A stretch of DNA of 59,023 nucleotides from Candidatus Zapsychrus exili (GCA_030765585.1 JAVCCJ010000070.1:1-59023); one strand, 5' to 3'. Numbered from the stretch's first letter, positions 9,362 through 19,180 are shown. Numbers and translations: made by a program. Notes: generated by a model not told the origin, from the sequence alone.

Positions 9362-10029
9362 TATTTTCTCGTAGGGTCCTTAATCGCCGCTTCTTTAAAA
9401 CCCTTTTCTCTTAAAACACAACTATCACACTTACCACAAGGAGTCTTGCCTCCCTCATAGCACGACCAGGTTAATTTATACGGAACATTTAATTTTATCC
9501 CTAGTCGAATTATCTGAGACTTGGTCTTTCTGATTAAAGGTGTTTTAATCTGAATCGCTCTACCATTAACACCCGTTTTTAAACCTACTTTTAAAGTGTT
9601 TTGAAAAGATTTAATAAACTCTGGCCTACAATCAGGATAACCTGAATAATCAACTGCGTTTGCTCCAATAAAAATTGTTGAAGCCCCTATTGTCTCTGCA
9701 TAAGAGGCTGCAAAACTTAAGAAAATAATATTTCTAGCAGGAACATAAGTTGATGGTATTTCTTTAGGATCTATTTTCTTACTTTTACTTTGCGGAACAC
9801 TTACCTTTTTATCTAAAAGTGACGACCCTTTCTTCGGCAAAGATATCTTTATTATTTTATAATCACAATTTGCATGCTTTGCTATTTGCTTTGCTTTGTT
9901 TATTTCTTTACCATGCCTTTGCCCATACTCAAAAATAAGACAATAAGCCTTATAGCCTTGAGCTTTTGCATAATAAAGTGTGGTGGCAGAATCAAGTCCG
10001 CCTGATAATAAACAAACTGCTTTTTTCAT
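9361..10029 (-). CDS. queC: 7-cyano-7-deazaguanine synthase
   Basis: SGGLDS, YVPARN, YPDCR, SCY...CGKCDSC. Confidence 0.96.
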   Translation of the reverse strand: MKKAVCLLSGGLDSATTLYYAKAQGYKAYCLIFEYGQRHGKEINKAKQIAKHANCDYKIIKISLPKKGSSLLDKKVSVPQSKSKKIDPKEIPSTYVPARNIIFLSFAASYAETIGASTIFIGANAVDYSGYPDCRPEFIKSFQNTLKVGLKTGVNGRAIQIKTPLIRKTKSQIIRLGIKLNVPYKLTWSCYEGGKTPCGKCDSCVLREKGFKEAAIKDPTRK

Positions 10030-10031
10030 TT

Positions 10032-10394
10032 TTATTTGTAATAGGTTACGCTTGAGGTGTCAGATTCCCAAACTTGAACTTTTTTTACCTTTAAGGGGTC
10101 AATAAGTTTGCTATAACTGTCATAAACATATTTTGCAATTAATTCAGTCGTAGGATTGTTTTCTTTAAAGAATTCTAAATCATTAAGACATTTGTGATCT
10201 AGCTCTGATAAGAAATCTTTTAGCTTACTCTTAAGCTCTGTAAAATCGTGAACCATTCCAAGGCTACCTAACTCAGGCGACACTATTGTTATCTCTATTT
10301 GATAAGTGTGCCCATGCAATGCCTCACACTTGCCCTTATATTCTCTTAAATAATGTGCTGCAGCTATACTATCTTTTATTGAAAGTTCGTACAT
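10032..10394 (-). CDS. queD: 6-carboxytetrahydropterin synthase
   Basis: AAH, CEALHGH, LDH, PTTE, VWE motifs. Confidence 0.94.
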   Translation of the reverse strand: MYELSIKDSIAAAHYLREYKGKCEALHGHTYQIEITIVSPELGSLGMVHDFTELKSKLKDFLSELDHKCLNDLEFFKENNPTTELIAKYVYDSYSKLIDPLKVKKVQVWESDTSSVTYYK

Positions 10395-10413
10395 ACTATT
10401 CTCCTAATTGTTG

Positions 10414-10518
10414 AGATCCCGACATTCACTTTACGAAGTCGGGATACCTACCTGCCGATAGGCAGGAATTCGTACTTATGAGTTATGTCATTTCGCTCCA
10501 TAACTCATGTGCTCATTT
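10414..10518 (-). repeat. Two-hairpin dispersed element, copy 2, with a nested 20-bp palindrome
   Basis: AGATCCC..GGGATA[CCTACCTGCCGATAGGCAGG]AATTCG..CTCATTT; overlaps the murI stop codon. Confidence 0.75.
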
Positions 10519-11317
10519 AAATTAATTTTATTTTAATATCCCGTCCTAAAAATATTTTTGCTTGCTTCTGAAATTCTTGAGGTCTATCACTTATCAAAAA
10601 CTTGTGTTTAGGCTTGGTCTTTGAAATATTATTTTGATTGGTGCTATTTAACATCTCTTTAACTTGGCTTGCAACTTCAGTAGCTGAATCGACAAGAAAT
10701 ACATTACGACCCATTACCTTTCTTAAAACAGATTTAAGTAGAGGATAATGCGTACACCCTAAAACAAGCGTGTCTATTCTTTTAGACTTAAATATCTTTA
10801 AATATTGTTTAGCGACATCAATAGCTATTTGCTTATTAGTCCACCCCTCTTCAACTATTGGAACAAATAAAGAACATGCAGAAGATAAAACTTTTATATC
10901 AGAATCTTCTTTCTTAATCGCCTTTAAATACTCTTGACTCTTAATGGTAGCGGATGTTGCTATTACCCCAACTTTTTTATTCTGTGTCTTTAATGCAGCT
11001 TTCTTAGCGCCTGCAGATATAACTCCTACAATAGGCAATGAGAACTCTTTTTTTAATGAAGACAATGCATAACTCGACGATGAGTTACAAGCTACAATAA
11101 TCATCTTTACATTATTCTTTATAAGTACATTTACATTATCTTTTGAGAAGCGAATAATCGATTCTTTTGATTTCGTTCCATATGGCAGACGCGCTGTATC
11201 TCCATAATAGACTATATCCTCACCTGGAAGCTGACGCATAAGTTCTTTTACAACAGTCAATCCTCCTAAACCTGAATCAAAAACTCCAATTGGATTATTT
11301 CTTTTTTTATTTAACAT
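10517..11317 (-). CDS. murI: Glutamate racemase
   Basis: IGVFDSGLGG, PYG, ACNS, LGCTHYP; probable start ATG 11317. Confidence 0.96.
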   Translation of the reverse strand: MLNKKRNNPIGVFDSGLGGLTVVKELMRQLPGEDIVYYGDTARLPYGTKSKESIIRFSKDNVNVLIKNNVKMIIVACNSSSSYALSSLKKEFSLPIVGVISAGAKKAALKTQNKKVGVIATSATIKSQEYLKAIKKEDSDIKVLSSACSLFVPIVEEGWTNKQIAIDVAKQYLKIFKSKRIDTLVLGCTHYPLLKSVLRKVMGRNVFLVDSATEVASQVKEMLNSTNQNNISKTKPKHKFLISDRPQEFQKQAKIFLGRDIKIKLI

Positions 11318-11321
11318 AATA

Positions 11322-12839
11322 TTAATTTCCGCGAGCAACTATCTTTGGCGTTAAAAAAATGACAATCTCTGTTTTCTGTTCATCCGTTCTCTGTCCCCTA
11401 AAAGCAACACCTAACAACGGAATACTTCCTAGAAAAGGTACTTTTCTTAAAGATTCAGATTTGACATTCTGGAATAAGCCTCCAATTACAACAACAGAAT
11501 CATTCTTTGTGTCTATAGAAAAAAGTTGCTCTTCTATCTCTGAGGTATCTCTTTCTGATAAAATAAACTTTGGAATAATATCCAAAGACAACAGACCTTC
11601 TCCTTTTATGTGAGAAGCTAGCTGCATATTAAGTTCAAAGGTTTCTTCTTCTAAATCTTCATTCAATTTAGAAGACACAGAGTCTGTTATATTTAAAGCA
11701 ATTTTTGATAATTCATCTTTTATCATATCAATATTAGAATTAAAAATAGTTTTTATAACTCCTACAGTATCTAGCGCATCAGATAAAATAGCATAATCTT
11801 CAATTGAAACCGTTCCTACGCTTAATTTCTCCAAACTTCCGTTTAAAACCTGCTTTAGCGCAGTTAGATTTAAGTCTTTATAGTCAGATAAAATTGCTCT
11901 CCAGTCGACCCCAGCCTGATGTTCCTCGTTTAAAACGATTTGTATAATCTCTGCTTCTAATACGATTCTTCTGCCCTGATAATCTAGTCTCTTGATCAGA
12001 TTACTAATATTTTCAAACACGGACGGTATATCTGTTACCGTAATTTTATTCTCTTTTTCATCTATCTCAATCTTACCTACGTTCTCAGTCAAAAGGCTTT
12101 GACTCTCTTTTGCTACTTCCTTGCAATCTATATGCTCTAAAACAAAAACCTTAACTTCAACTTCAACATCAACTTGTTTTATAAAATCTACCATATCATT
12201 TAAATCTTCTAAGGAACCAATTAATGCTATTGTGTTTGTTTCGTTGTTTACAATAACTCTTCCAACATCACTTTTCATATTTTCTAAAATCAATGCCACT
12301 ACGGACGCTTCCGCATGTTCTAATTTAACAATCTTTGTCTGAATTTTATCGCGAAATGAAAATCCATGATGCAATTTAAAATCTTCATCCGTTATTACGT
12401 GCACAATATCTCCGATTTCTTCATAAGCTAAATCACTTGAATCTAGTATAATTCTAAGCACATCAAAGGCATTTATATATCTTAAATATATGCTAATCTC
12501 CTCGGGAAGATCCTCTTCCGTTATAATATTAAGTCCACTTTTTACATAAATTAGCTCCAATACATCTTTTATTGGCATATTAGTCACCTGAAGTTCATCA
12601 ATCATATATTTAACATATTCTTCAGGCTCTTCTAATTCAATTTCTTCTATAAACGTTTCATCAATACTTGTTCCCTGAATTTCTTCAATAGCGTCCAAAG
12701 TTTCTTCAACAATCAACTCTTTAACATTTTGACTAAAACAAAACTTAGGGGCAATAGCAGCAATACATAAACAAATGCAACCACATATAAAAAATCTACA
12801 AAATATCAAAATCAAATCTCTATTTATCATTATCTGCAT
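11322..12839 (-). CDS. Secretin (GspD/PilQ family), divergent copy
   Basis: STN/N-domain repeats and C-terminal IGGL...KVPFLGSIPLLG..F...TEIVIFLTPKI secretin signature. Confidence 0.85.
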   Translation of the reverse strand: MQIMINRDLILIFCRFFICGCICLCIAAIAPKFCFSQNVKELIVEETLDAIEEIQGTSIDETFIEEIELEEPEEYVKYMIDELQVTNMPIKDVLELIYVKSGLNIITEEDLPEEISIYLRYINAFDVLRIILDSSDLAYEEIGDIVHVITDEDFKLHHGFSFRDKIQTKIVKLEHAEASVVALILENMKSDVGRVIVNNETNTIALIGSLEDLNDMVDFIKQVDVEVEVKVFVLEHIDCKEVAKESQSLLTENVGKIEIDEKENKITVTDIPSVFENISNLIKRLDYQGRRIVLEAEIIQIVLNEEHQAGVDWRAILSDYKDLNLTALKQVLNGSLEKLSVGTVSIEDYAILSDALDTVGVIKTIFNSNIDMIKDELSKIALNITDSVSSKLNEDLEEETFELNMQLASHIKGEGLLSLDIIPKFILSERDTSEIEEQLFSIDTKNDSVVVIGGLFQNVKSESLRKVPFLGSIPLLGVAFRGQRTDEQKTEIVIFLTPKIVARGN

Positions 12840-13068
12840 TGCTTTCTTTATTAAGATGTTCTTGTATCTGCTTTAAAGACATCTTTTCTTTCTGAAGTTT
12901 ACGTATTTTCTTAAGATGTTCACATGAGCCATCATCAAAATAGCGGAAATTAGTCTCCGGACTTCTTCCTATTTCCTTCAAAAGCCCAAGACGTAGGTAA
13001 TATTTTAATGCATGCGTTGAATGACCGCTTATTTTTGCTAAATCTTTAAGTAAATATATGTTTTGCAT
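12820..13068 (-). CDS. Short MerR-family HTH protein
   Basis: LAKISGHSTHALKYYLRLGLL...RYFD...MSLKQIQ. Confidence 0.85.
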   Translation of the reverse strand: MQNIYLLKDLAKISGHSTHALKYYLRLGLLKEIGRSPETNFRYFDDGSCEHLKKIRKLQKEKMSLKQIQEHLNKESNADNDK

Positions 13069-13350
13069 GGAATTCTACTCTCTAAGTGGATAGTAAGGCT
13101 AGTATTCTTATATAATTGCTTTTCAGTGTCAAGGATTTTTATAGAGCTAACCTTAAATAGCTCTTAATATATGGCCAAACTCTTATCCTTATTATTTAAT
13201 CTAAATATTAATATTAATTTTTATACAAGAAGTCTTGAGAAAACATATTATATCTTTATAATAAGTAATATCTAATGCGTTTAAAAAGCATTTAATTTGC
13301 AAAATACAACACTGCTATCAACTCAACATAACCTAATAACAGGAGCATAT

Positions 13351-14688
13351 ATGCCACCACAAAAAAAGAAAAAGAAAATATTTGTGCTAGATACAAACGT
13401 TATTCTTCACGATAGTTCTTGTATATATCAATTTAAAGACTGCGACGTTGTAGTGCCAATAGCTGTTATAGAAGAGCTTGATCATTTCAAAAAAGGAAAT
13501 GAAATGCTCAACTATCATGCTCGTCTATTTTTACGATCTTTAGATGATCTTGAAGGAGATAAAATATTTAATGGTGGAGTACAAATAAAGCCTGGTTTAG
13601 GTAAACTTTCAATAAAGCTCGATGAAAAATTTAGCAAAAAACTTGCCTTAAGTTTCTTGCCAGGAAAACCTGATCATAAAATATTAAACATAGCCTATTG
13701 TCTTTCAAAGAAACACCTATCTAAGAAAATCGTTCTTGTTACAAAAGACGTTAATTTGAGAATGAAGGCCAAAGCCATAGGCCTAATATCTGAAGACTAT
13801 ACAACAGACCACGTAAAAGATATATCTGAGCTTTATAAAGGTTACAGATATGAAGAAAACTTTTCTGCAGAGCTAATAGATAAAATATACGATGATCCTG
13901 AAGGTATTGATCCAAAAGAAATAAAAGCAAAGAAAAAAATACTTCCCAATGAGTTCATTATAATGAGAGATGACAAAAAATCAGCAATAGGATACCTAGA
14001 TGCTGAAACATCAAAAATTAAAAGAGTGGAAAAAGAAACAGCATCTGGAATAAAACCAAGAAATGTTGAGCAAACATTCGCACTACATGCTCTTATGGAC
14101 AACAAAATAAGACTAGTAACAATGTCCGGAAAAGCAGGAACAGGAAAAACATTACTTGCGCTAGCATCGGCGCTTGAGTGCAGAGATACCTATCTTCAAA
14201 TATTCTTAGCAAGGCCTATAGTATCGTTAAGTAATAAAGATTTAGGATTCTTGCCTGGCAGCGTATTTGAAAAAATAAATCCTTATATGCAGCCGCTGTA
14301 TGACAACCTTGGAGTTATACAAAATAAAACTCTCACTGGGGAGAAAAAACCCAAGAAACTAGCTAAAATGTTAGAAGATGAAAAACTAACCATTGCTCCT
14401 TTAGCCTACATTAGAGGAAGAAGTTTAGTTCATACATACTTTATAGTAGATGAGGCTCAAAATTTAACTCCACACGAGGTAAAGACTATTATTACTCGAG
14501 CAGGAGAAAATACAAAAATGGTTTTCACTGGCGACATCTTCCAGATTGACCACCCTTATTTGGACACTTATTCTAATGGATTAAGTTATCTAATACAGAA
14601 AATGAAGGGTCAACATATCTATACTCACATAAACCTTGAAAAAGGTGAGCGTTCCGAGTTAGCTGAAATAGCAAGTAACATATTATAA
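13351..14688 (+). CDS. PIN domain-PhoH ATPase (PhoH2/YlaK type)
   Basis: VLDTNV and VTKD.NLR PIN motifs, GKAGTGKT Walker A, DEAQN, GDIFQID; AGGAG before ATG 13351. Confidence 0.93.
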   Translation: MPPQKKKKKIFVLDTNVILHDSSCIYQFKDCDVVVPIAVIEELDHFKKGNEMLNYHARLFLRSLDDLEGDKIFNGGVQIKPGLGKLSIKLDEKFSKKLALSFLPGKPDHKILNIAYCLSKKHLSKKIVLVTKDVNLRMKAKAIGLISEDYTTDHVKDISELYKGYRYEENFSAELIDKIYDDPEGIDPKEIKAKKKILPNEFIIMRDDKKSAIGYLDAETSKIKRVEKETASGIKPRNVEQTFALHALMDNKIRLVTMSGKAGTGKTLLALASALECRDTYLQIFLARPIVSLSNKDLGFLPGSVFEKINPYMQPLYDNLGVIQNKTLTGEKKPKKLAKMLEDEKLTIAPLAYIRGRSLVHTYFIVDEAQNLTPHEVKTIITRAGENTKMVFTGDIFQIDHPYLDTYSNGLSYLIQKMKGQHIYTHINLEKGERSELAEIASNIL

Positions 14689-14825
14689 AGAACAAACTCT
14701 AAATACTAAACTCGAAACAATATTAAAATTCTAATATAAAATATCACAAACATTTGTTTAGAATTTTTATATTTGTATTTTGGATTTGTTTAGGATTTCG
14801 GATTTAGTGCTTAGGATTTATAAAA

Positions 14826-15599
14826 TCAAAACTTTCTTACAAGTCCTACCATACTACTTACAACATAATTATCATCCACAATAGGACTATCGTAAATTTC
14901 ATTTGATAATCTCTCTATATTAAAATATGTCGCGATTACCCATTCCTGAGATATTCCCATATTAAAGTTTATACTAGCAAAACAATTTAAAGAAGCATCT
15001 GGCTCATATTCTGATCGTCCTGCAGCTACTTCGTTTGATCTTACTCCATAATAATAGTTAACTAAATCTTGGCTTTGCCATTTAACGCCTGCGCTAGGAG
15101 TGAATGTAAAATAATCATGTTTAAATTTCTTTAAAATCTTAAGCTCAATCTCTTTTCCCTTATGCTCTCCCAAAAGATCGGTTAAGAAATTTATATCCAC
15201 AGATACTCCATCATGCTCAACTAAATCCCAAGAAAAACCTACTCCTCCATCTAAAGACATCTTTCTCTCTTGCATACCTTCTAAATCTGTTGAATCTTCA
15301 TCATCATAGCCCATTAATCTAGGAACAAAGATAAAATCCAACTTCAAGTTGTCATATTCTATTAGCTGATATCCACCCTTATTCCCCTCAACATATGATT
15401 TTCCACCTTCTGAATGCCAATAAAGAATTGGTATTGGTACAGATTCTTTGCCTACCCCTTTATATGGACTATCTGTCATTAGATATCCCACTCCTGAATA
15501 ATTTGCAGGACGTTCTTGTTCTTGTTCTTGTTCCTCTGCATAAACAAAAGAAGCAAACAAAATGCATAGTAGCACAACTACAATTAATGACTTTTTCAT
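14826..15599 (-). CDS. MipA/OmpV family outer-membrane protein
   Basis: Signal peptide, SPYKG, DL.GM..R, YYYGV, I.DSPIVD, terminal Phe. Confidence 0.88.
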   Translation of the reverse strand: MKKSLIVVVLLCILFASFVYAEEQEQEQERPANYSGVGYLMTDSPYKGVGKESVPIPILYWHSEGGKSYVEGNKGGYQLIEYDNLKLDFIFVPRLMGYDDEDSTDLEGMQERKMSLDGGVGFSWDLVEHDGVSVDINFLTDLLGEHKGKEIELKILKKFKHDYFTFTPSAGVKWQSQDLVNYYYGVRSNEVAAGRSEYEPDASLNCFASINFNMGISQEWVIATYFNIERLSNEIYDSPIVDDNYVVSSMVGLVRKF

Positions 15600-15621
15600 T
15601 TTTTTATCTTTCTGGCTAAAA

Positions 15622-15789
15622 TTACTTTTTCTTATTTTTCTTTTTATCTATTCTATTAATCGCCTTAACCATTCTGTCATATGCTTGATTCTTGGTTAAT
15701 CCTTCGGTAATACAATCGCAACATAAAGCAGCGTACCCTTTTCTATTCGCCATCTTAAAAATCTTTACAGTCTTTTTTCCTATTTTCAT
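15622..15789 (-). CDS. Small basic hypothetical protein (55 aa) with a HicB-like pattern
   Basis: Manually read MKIGKKTVKIFKMANRKGYAALCCDCITEGLTKNQAYDRMVKAINRIDKKKNKKK; GGAGG RBS. Confidence 0.75.
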   Translation of the reverse strand: MKIGKKTVKIFKMANRKGYAALCCDCITEGLTKNQAYDRMVKAINRIDKKKNKKK

Positions 15790-15816
15790 AACAAACCTCC
15801 TATAGTTGTCATCTTA

Positions 15817-15896
15817 AGATCCCTCGCTTGAAAGCTCGGGATAAATTCGGGCTTCACTTTACACTTCCGTTGGTCGTGCAAACTATGCCCTTATTT
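15817..15896 (-). repeat. Two-hairpin dispersed element, copy 3
   Basis: AGATCCCTCGCTTGAAAGCTCGGGATAAATTCGGGC...GCCCTTATTT, downstream of the Rrf2 gene. Confidence 0.75.
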
Positions 15897-15899
15897 AAA

Positions 15900-16304
15900 T
15901 TAAGAGCAATCAAGTAAAGATGCAATAGATATTTTATTTAATTCTTTTATTAAGGAAGTTTCGATGCTTTTTAACTTCTTTCGTACGGGGCAAACTTTTA
16001 TATCTGGGCAAACTTCTTTCTTAAGAAAACATTCTGTAAGAGATACTCCTCCTTGAAATATTCCTATTAAATCAACTAAAAATATTGTCTTAGGATTAAC
16101 ATCCAAAATAAAACCACCCTTATTACCCTTAACAGATCTTAGAATACTTTCTTTCTGCAGTATTTGAAGAATCTTACGTAGAAAAGGTTTTGGAAGTCCT
16201 AAACTTTTTTGTATTTCAGATACAGCTACTATTTTTTCTTTAGATTTAGTAATATACATAAGAGCCCTTACGGCATAATCTGTATCTCTTGTCATCAGCT
16301 TCAT
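15900..16304 (-). CDS. Rrf2 family transcriptional regulator with three Cys
   Basis: TDYAVRAL, LRKILQ.L, S.KG.KGGF, C-x6-C-x5-C. Confidence 0.93.
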   Translation of the reverse strand: MKLMTRDTDYAVRALMYITKSKEKIVAVSEIQKSLGLPKPFLRKILQILQKESILRSVKGNKGGFILDVNPKTIFLVDLIGIFQGGVSLTECFLKKEVCPDIKVCPVRKKLKSIETSLIKELNKISIASLLDCS

Positions 16305-16948
16305 TTAAATATTTCTCCTGTCTCATTAGACCAAAACAATAAATCTAATTCATCCATAGGTATCTTTACTTTTTTAGAGAATTTTTTTAACTCATCCTCT
16401 AAATATAAATAAACTTTCTTGGTTAGACTTTTTGGTTTCTCTTTTATAATGTCGTACTTAATTAAGTTTTTAAAAATATGTACATCAAGTATTGCTAAGT
16501 CACGTCCAAAACCTATATTTCTTAAAAAATGGCTAGCTTCCTTTAATCCAATACCTAAAACATTATCAGCAAACCATTCTCGAGTTTCTAAGATATTATC
16601 AACATCAATTCTTTCTTTTATTTTAATACTCGCACCTTTTAGAAATTTCTTACGAGTCTCAAATATAAATCTTGCTTTATTATTAGGAAAGCGTACTCCA
16701 GCAAGGCCCTCTCTTATTTTTTTTAAGCTTCCTTTTAAAAGATTCCCATTCTTTTCTAAAAGCTTTATTGCCTTATCGCAATAAACCGCCTTAGACTGTG
16801 GAGTACATACACAAAAACAAAGCTCGCTAAATATTCTTTTCTCTGGCTGATCAAAAACCAGTCTAAACTCTTTTAATCTTTTCTTTATACTAGCTTTCTT
16901 ATTATTATATTCTGCAATAAGAACATTTACGCTGGTATCAGATAGCAT
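16301..16948 (-). CDS. 8-oxoguanine DNA glycosylase/AP lyase (OGG2 type)
   Basis: ELCFC..TPQS, RFPNNKA, GIGLKEASHFLRNIG, AILDVH, LDLLFW...G.IFK. Confidence 0.9.
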   Translation of the reverse strand: MLSDTSVNVLIAEYNNKKASIKKRLKEFRLVFDQPEKRIFSELCFCVCTPQSKAVYCDKAIKLLEKNGNLLKGSLKKIREGLAGVRFPNNKARFIFETRKKFLKGASIKIKERIDVDNILETREWFADNVLGIGLKEASHFLRNIGFGRDLAILDVHIFKNLIKYDIIKEKPKSLTKKVYLYLEDELKKFSKKVKIPMDELDLLFWSNETGEIFK

Positions 16949-17414
16949 CTTTTAGCTCTTCTAATTTTTTAAGATGTTCATACTCTTGAGCTATTAGCTT
17001 ATCAATCATTTGATGGTCTTGTTCTGAAACTAGCTTTTTTACGTTATCAAAAAATACAATTGAATCCTTCTCAAAACCTATCCCCAAATCAATAGCCTGA
17101 GCATAACCTTCAACTCCTAAGGCAATTTGTCGACCAGAACCCTTCTTAGTGAATGCATGCTCACTTGCCAAAGAATTCATATGAGCAAAATATTCCTCTG
17201 GATATGACTGAATAGGCTCGTACTTCTTAAAAAGATCTAATATTTTTTGAAAAACATATATATGGCTTTCTTCTTCAGAAGCTAGAAATTTAAAAACTTT
17301 CTTTGCCTCTTCGTCTTCAATGTTATCTACTAAAGTCTCGTAGAACTCTTTACCATTTATTTCAATTTGAATACCTATCTCTATTATTTCGCTTCCAGAG
17401 AATTGATCTGACAT
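16938..17414 (-). CDS. Ferritin-like (rubrerythrin-domain) protein
   Basis: E..G..FY, EE.SH, EKDS..FF, QE.EH diiron pattern. Confidence 0.85.
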   Translation of the reverse strand: MSDQFSGSEIIEIGIQIEINGKEFYETLVDNIEDEEAKKVFKFLASEEESHIYVFQKILDLFKKYEPIQSYPEEYFAHMNSLASEHAFTKKGSGRQIALGVEGYAQAIDLGIGFEKDSIVFFDNVKKLVSEQDHQMIDKLIAQEYEHLKKLEELKDAI

Positions 17415-17517
17415 GCTTGACTCCTCTTTTTTAATACTCGATACTCGATTCTAGATGCTAGATAGAAACAAAAACACTAATAACATTTATTTGATATCCA
17501 ATATCTAGGATCTACTG

Positions 17518-17895
17518 TTAAGCTTTCCAAAGTCCGTGTAAATTGCAATACTCGCGAACTTCGATTACGTCTTCTTTCTTAGCACAAAAACAAGCTTCTG
17601 GCTTTTGTCCTGGCTTTAATTCTGCCCTTAAAACTTTGCTTTCAGTTAAAACCTCAATAAAATTAATGTAATGCTCGTCTAACATTGGATGCTCAACGTC
17701 TCCAACTTTTACTTTAATTCCACATTCTGCCTCTTCTACTACAGGAACATGCTTCTCTGAACCAGTATCTTCTGCTTTAGCATCTAACTTTTGCATTTTT
17801 TCTGCGCAACAAACTGGCACAGGCATAGCTTCTTTTACAACTTCTACAACGCTTCCACAATGTACACATTTATAAATTTCTCTTAATGCTATCAT
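17518..17895 (-). CDS. dfx: Desulfoferrodoxin / superoxide reductase
   Basis: YKCxxC...CC, EKHVP, HPM..EHYI, YCNLHGLW. Confidence 0.95.
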   Translation of the reverse strand: MIALREIYKCVHCGSVVEVVKEAMPVPVCCAEKMQKLDAKAEDTGSEKHVPVVEEAECGIKVKVGDVEHPMLDEHYINFIEVLTESKVLRAELKPGQKPEACFCAKKEDVIEVREYCNLHGLWKA

Positions 17896-19058
17896 GATAT
17901 TTCTCCTTTGGATTTATCCTTTATTTCATTTATTTGATTTTCATCAGGCACATACTGAACTTTAATACTTTCTAACATTTCAAATCCGCATCCACTCAAT
18001 GTTGTTTCTATTTCTTTAATACTTTGTCCTCCCCAACCATAAGACCCAAAAGCCAAGCCAGTTCTTCCTTTTGGCGCAAGACCTTTCAAATAGCAAAGAA
18101 AAGCTGCAACAGCAGGTAACATTCCACTATTTAACGTAGGCGAACCAACACACAAATATTTAGCATCTAGCAAATATGTCATAACATCTGAAATATGCAT
18201 ATCCTGAAGACTTATTAGTCTAGACTGTATGCCCTTACCGTCAAAAGCATCTTGAATAGCTTGTGCTATAACAGCCGTTGAATCCCACATCGTGTCATAC
18301 ACAATTGCGGCTTTATCTTCCATCTTATTATTAGCCCATTTTGTGTAACTCTCTATTATCTTCCCTATATTCTCTCTCCATATAATTCCATGACTTGGAG
18401 CTATCATATTTATATCTAAACCAGATGCAGCTTCTAGCTCTTTAACAACTTGATTACCATAAGGAAGAACAATATTTGCATAATATTTAGCTGCTTCATA
18501 ATAAACAGTATCCCATTCAAGCTCGTCATCAAAGCGTTCATCTGATGCAATGTGCTGACCAAAAGAATCATTTGATAAAAGTAATTTATCTTCTGGGATA
18601 TAGGTTACCATTGAATCAGGCCAATGAACCATAGGAGTTAATACAAAATTTAAATTTCTTTTTCCTATGTTAAGAGAATCTCCTGTATTTATAACCTTAA
18701 ACTTCCAATCATTGCCTTTGTAATGAAGATTCAAACCTTTTTCTCCATTTGGACAAGTTACAATTTCTGCATTCTTGCAAACTTGCATAATATCTGGCAA
18801 TGCTCCAGAATGATCCATCTCAACATGATTACAAACTATATAATCTATTTTCTCTGGATCAATAATCTCTTTTATTCTTTCTAACATCTCATCATAAAAT
18901 TGATGCTTAACAGTATCTACCAAAGTGATTTTATCATCTACTATCAAATATGAATTATAAGTAGACCCTCTTTGAGTAAGATACCCATGAAAGCTTCTTA
19001 AATCCCAATCTATAGCACCTACCCAGTAAATGCCTTTTTTTATTTCAATAGATTTCAT
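17892..19058 (-). CDS. fprA: Flavodiiron protein (A-type flavoprotein)
   Basis: NHVEMDHSG, HWPDS, DSFGQH, PSHG, flavodoxin GSYGW. Confidence 0.95.
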   Translation of the reverse strand: MKSIEIKKGIYWVGAIDWDLRSFHGYLTQRGSTYNSYLIVDDKITLVDTVKHQFYDEMLERIKEIIDPEKIDYIVCNHVEMDHSGALPDIMQVCKNAEIVTCPNGEKGLNLHYKGNDWKFKVINTGDSLNIGKRNLNFVLTPMVHWPDSMVTYIPEDKLLLSNDSFGQHIASDERFDDELEWDTVYYEAAKYYANIVLPYGNQVVKELEAASGLDINMIAPSHGIIWRENIGKIIESYTKWANNKMEDKAAIVYDTMWDSTAVIAQAIQDAFDGKGIQSRLISLQDMHISDVMTYLLDAKYLCVGSPTLNSGMLPAVAAFLCYLKGLAPKGRTGLAFGSYGWGGQSIKEIETTLSGCGFEMLESIKVQYVPDENQINEIKDKSKGEIS

Positions 19059-19077
19059 ACTAACCTTTCAACACCCT

Positions 19078-19180
19078 TGTCATCCCTGCGAAGGCAGGGA
19101 TGACATTAATATATTTAACTGTTTTTTATCAATAAGAGATTCCGGTATTCTCGTCTTACGGCTCGAAACCGGAATGACAG
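19078..19180. repeat. Palindromic TGTCAT(C/T)CC...GG(G/A)ATGACA element
   Basis: Perfect hairpin 19078-19105 and AGATTCCGG...CCGGAATGACAG 19137-19180. Confidence 0.8.

Noticed and set aside
8261-10394. que genes as part of a 7-deazaguanine DNA-modification (dpd) island
   Set aside because: queF is present, there is no dpdA/tgt paralog in the window, and the context is housekeeping; consistent with tRNA queuosine synthesis.
10395-10516. PreQ1 riboswitch upstream of queD
   Set aside because: The region is explained by the dispersed repeat; no preQ1 aptamer pattern recognised by eye (an Rfam scan would be decisive).
13351-14688. PIN-PhoH as a toxin-antitoxin or defence system
   Set aside because: Widespread PhoH2/YlaK-type gene with no adjacent antitoxin or defence genes visible.
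15511-15537. TTCTTG microsatellite in the mipA 5' region as a phase-variation tract
   Set aside because: The 6-bp unit is in frame (EQEQEQE), so it cannot switch the gene off.
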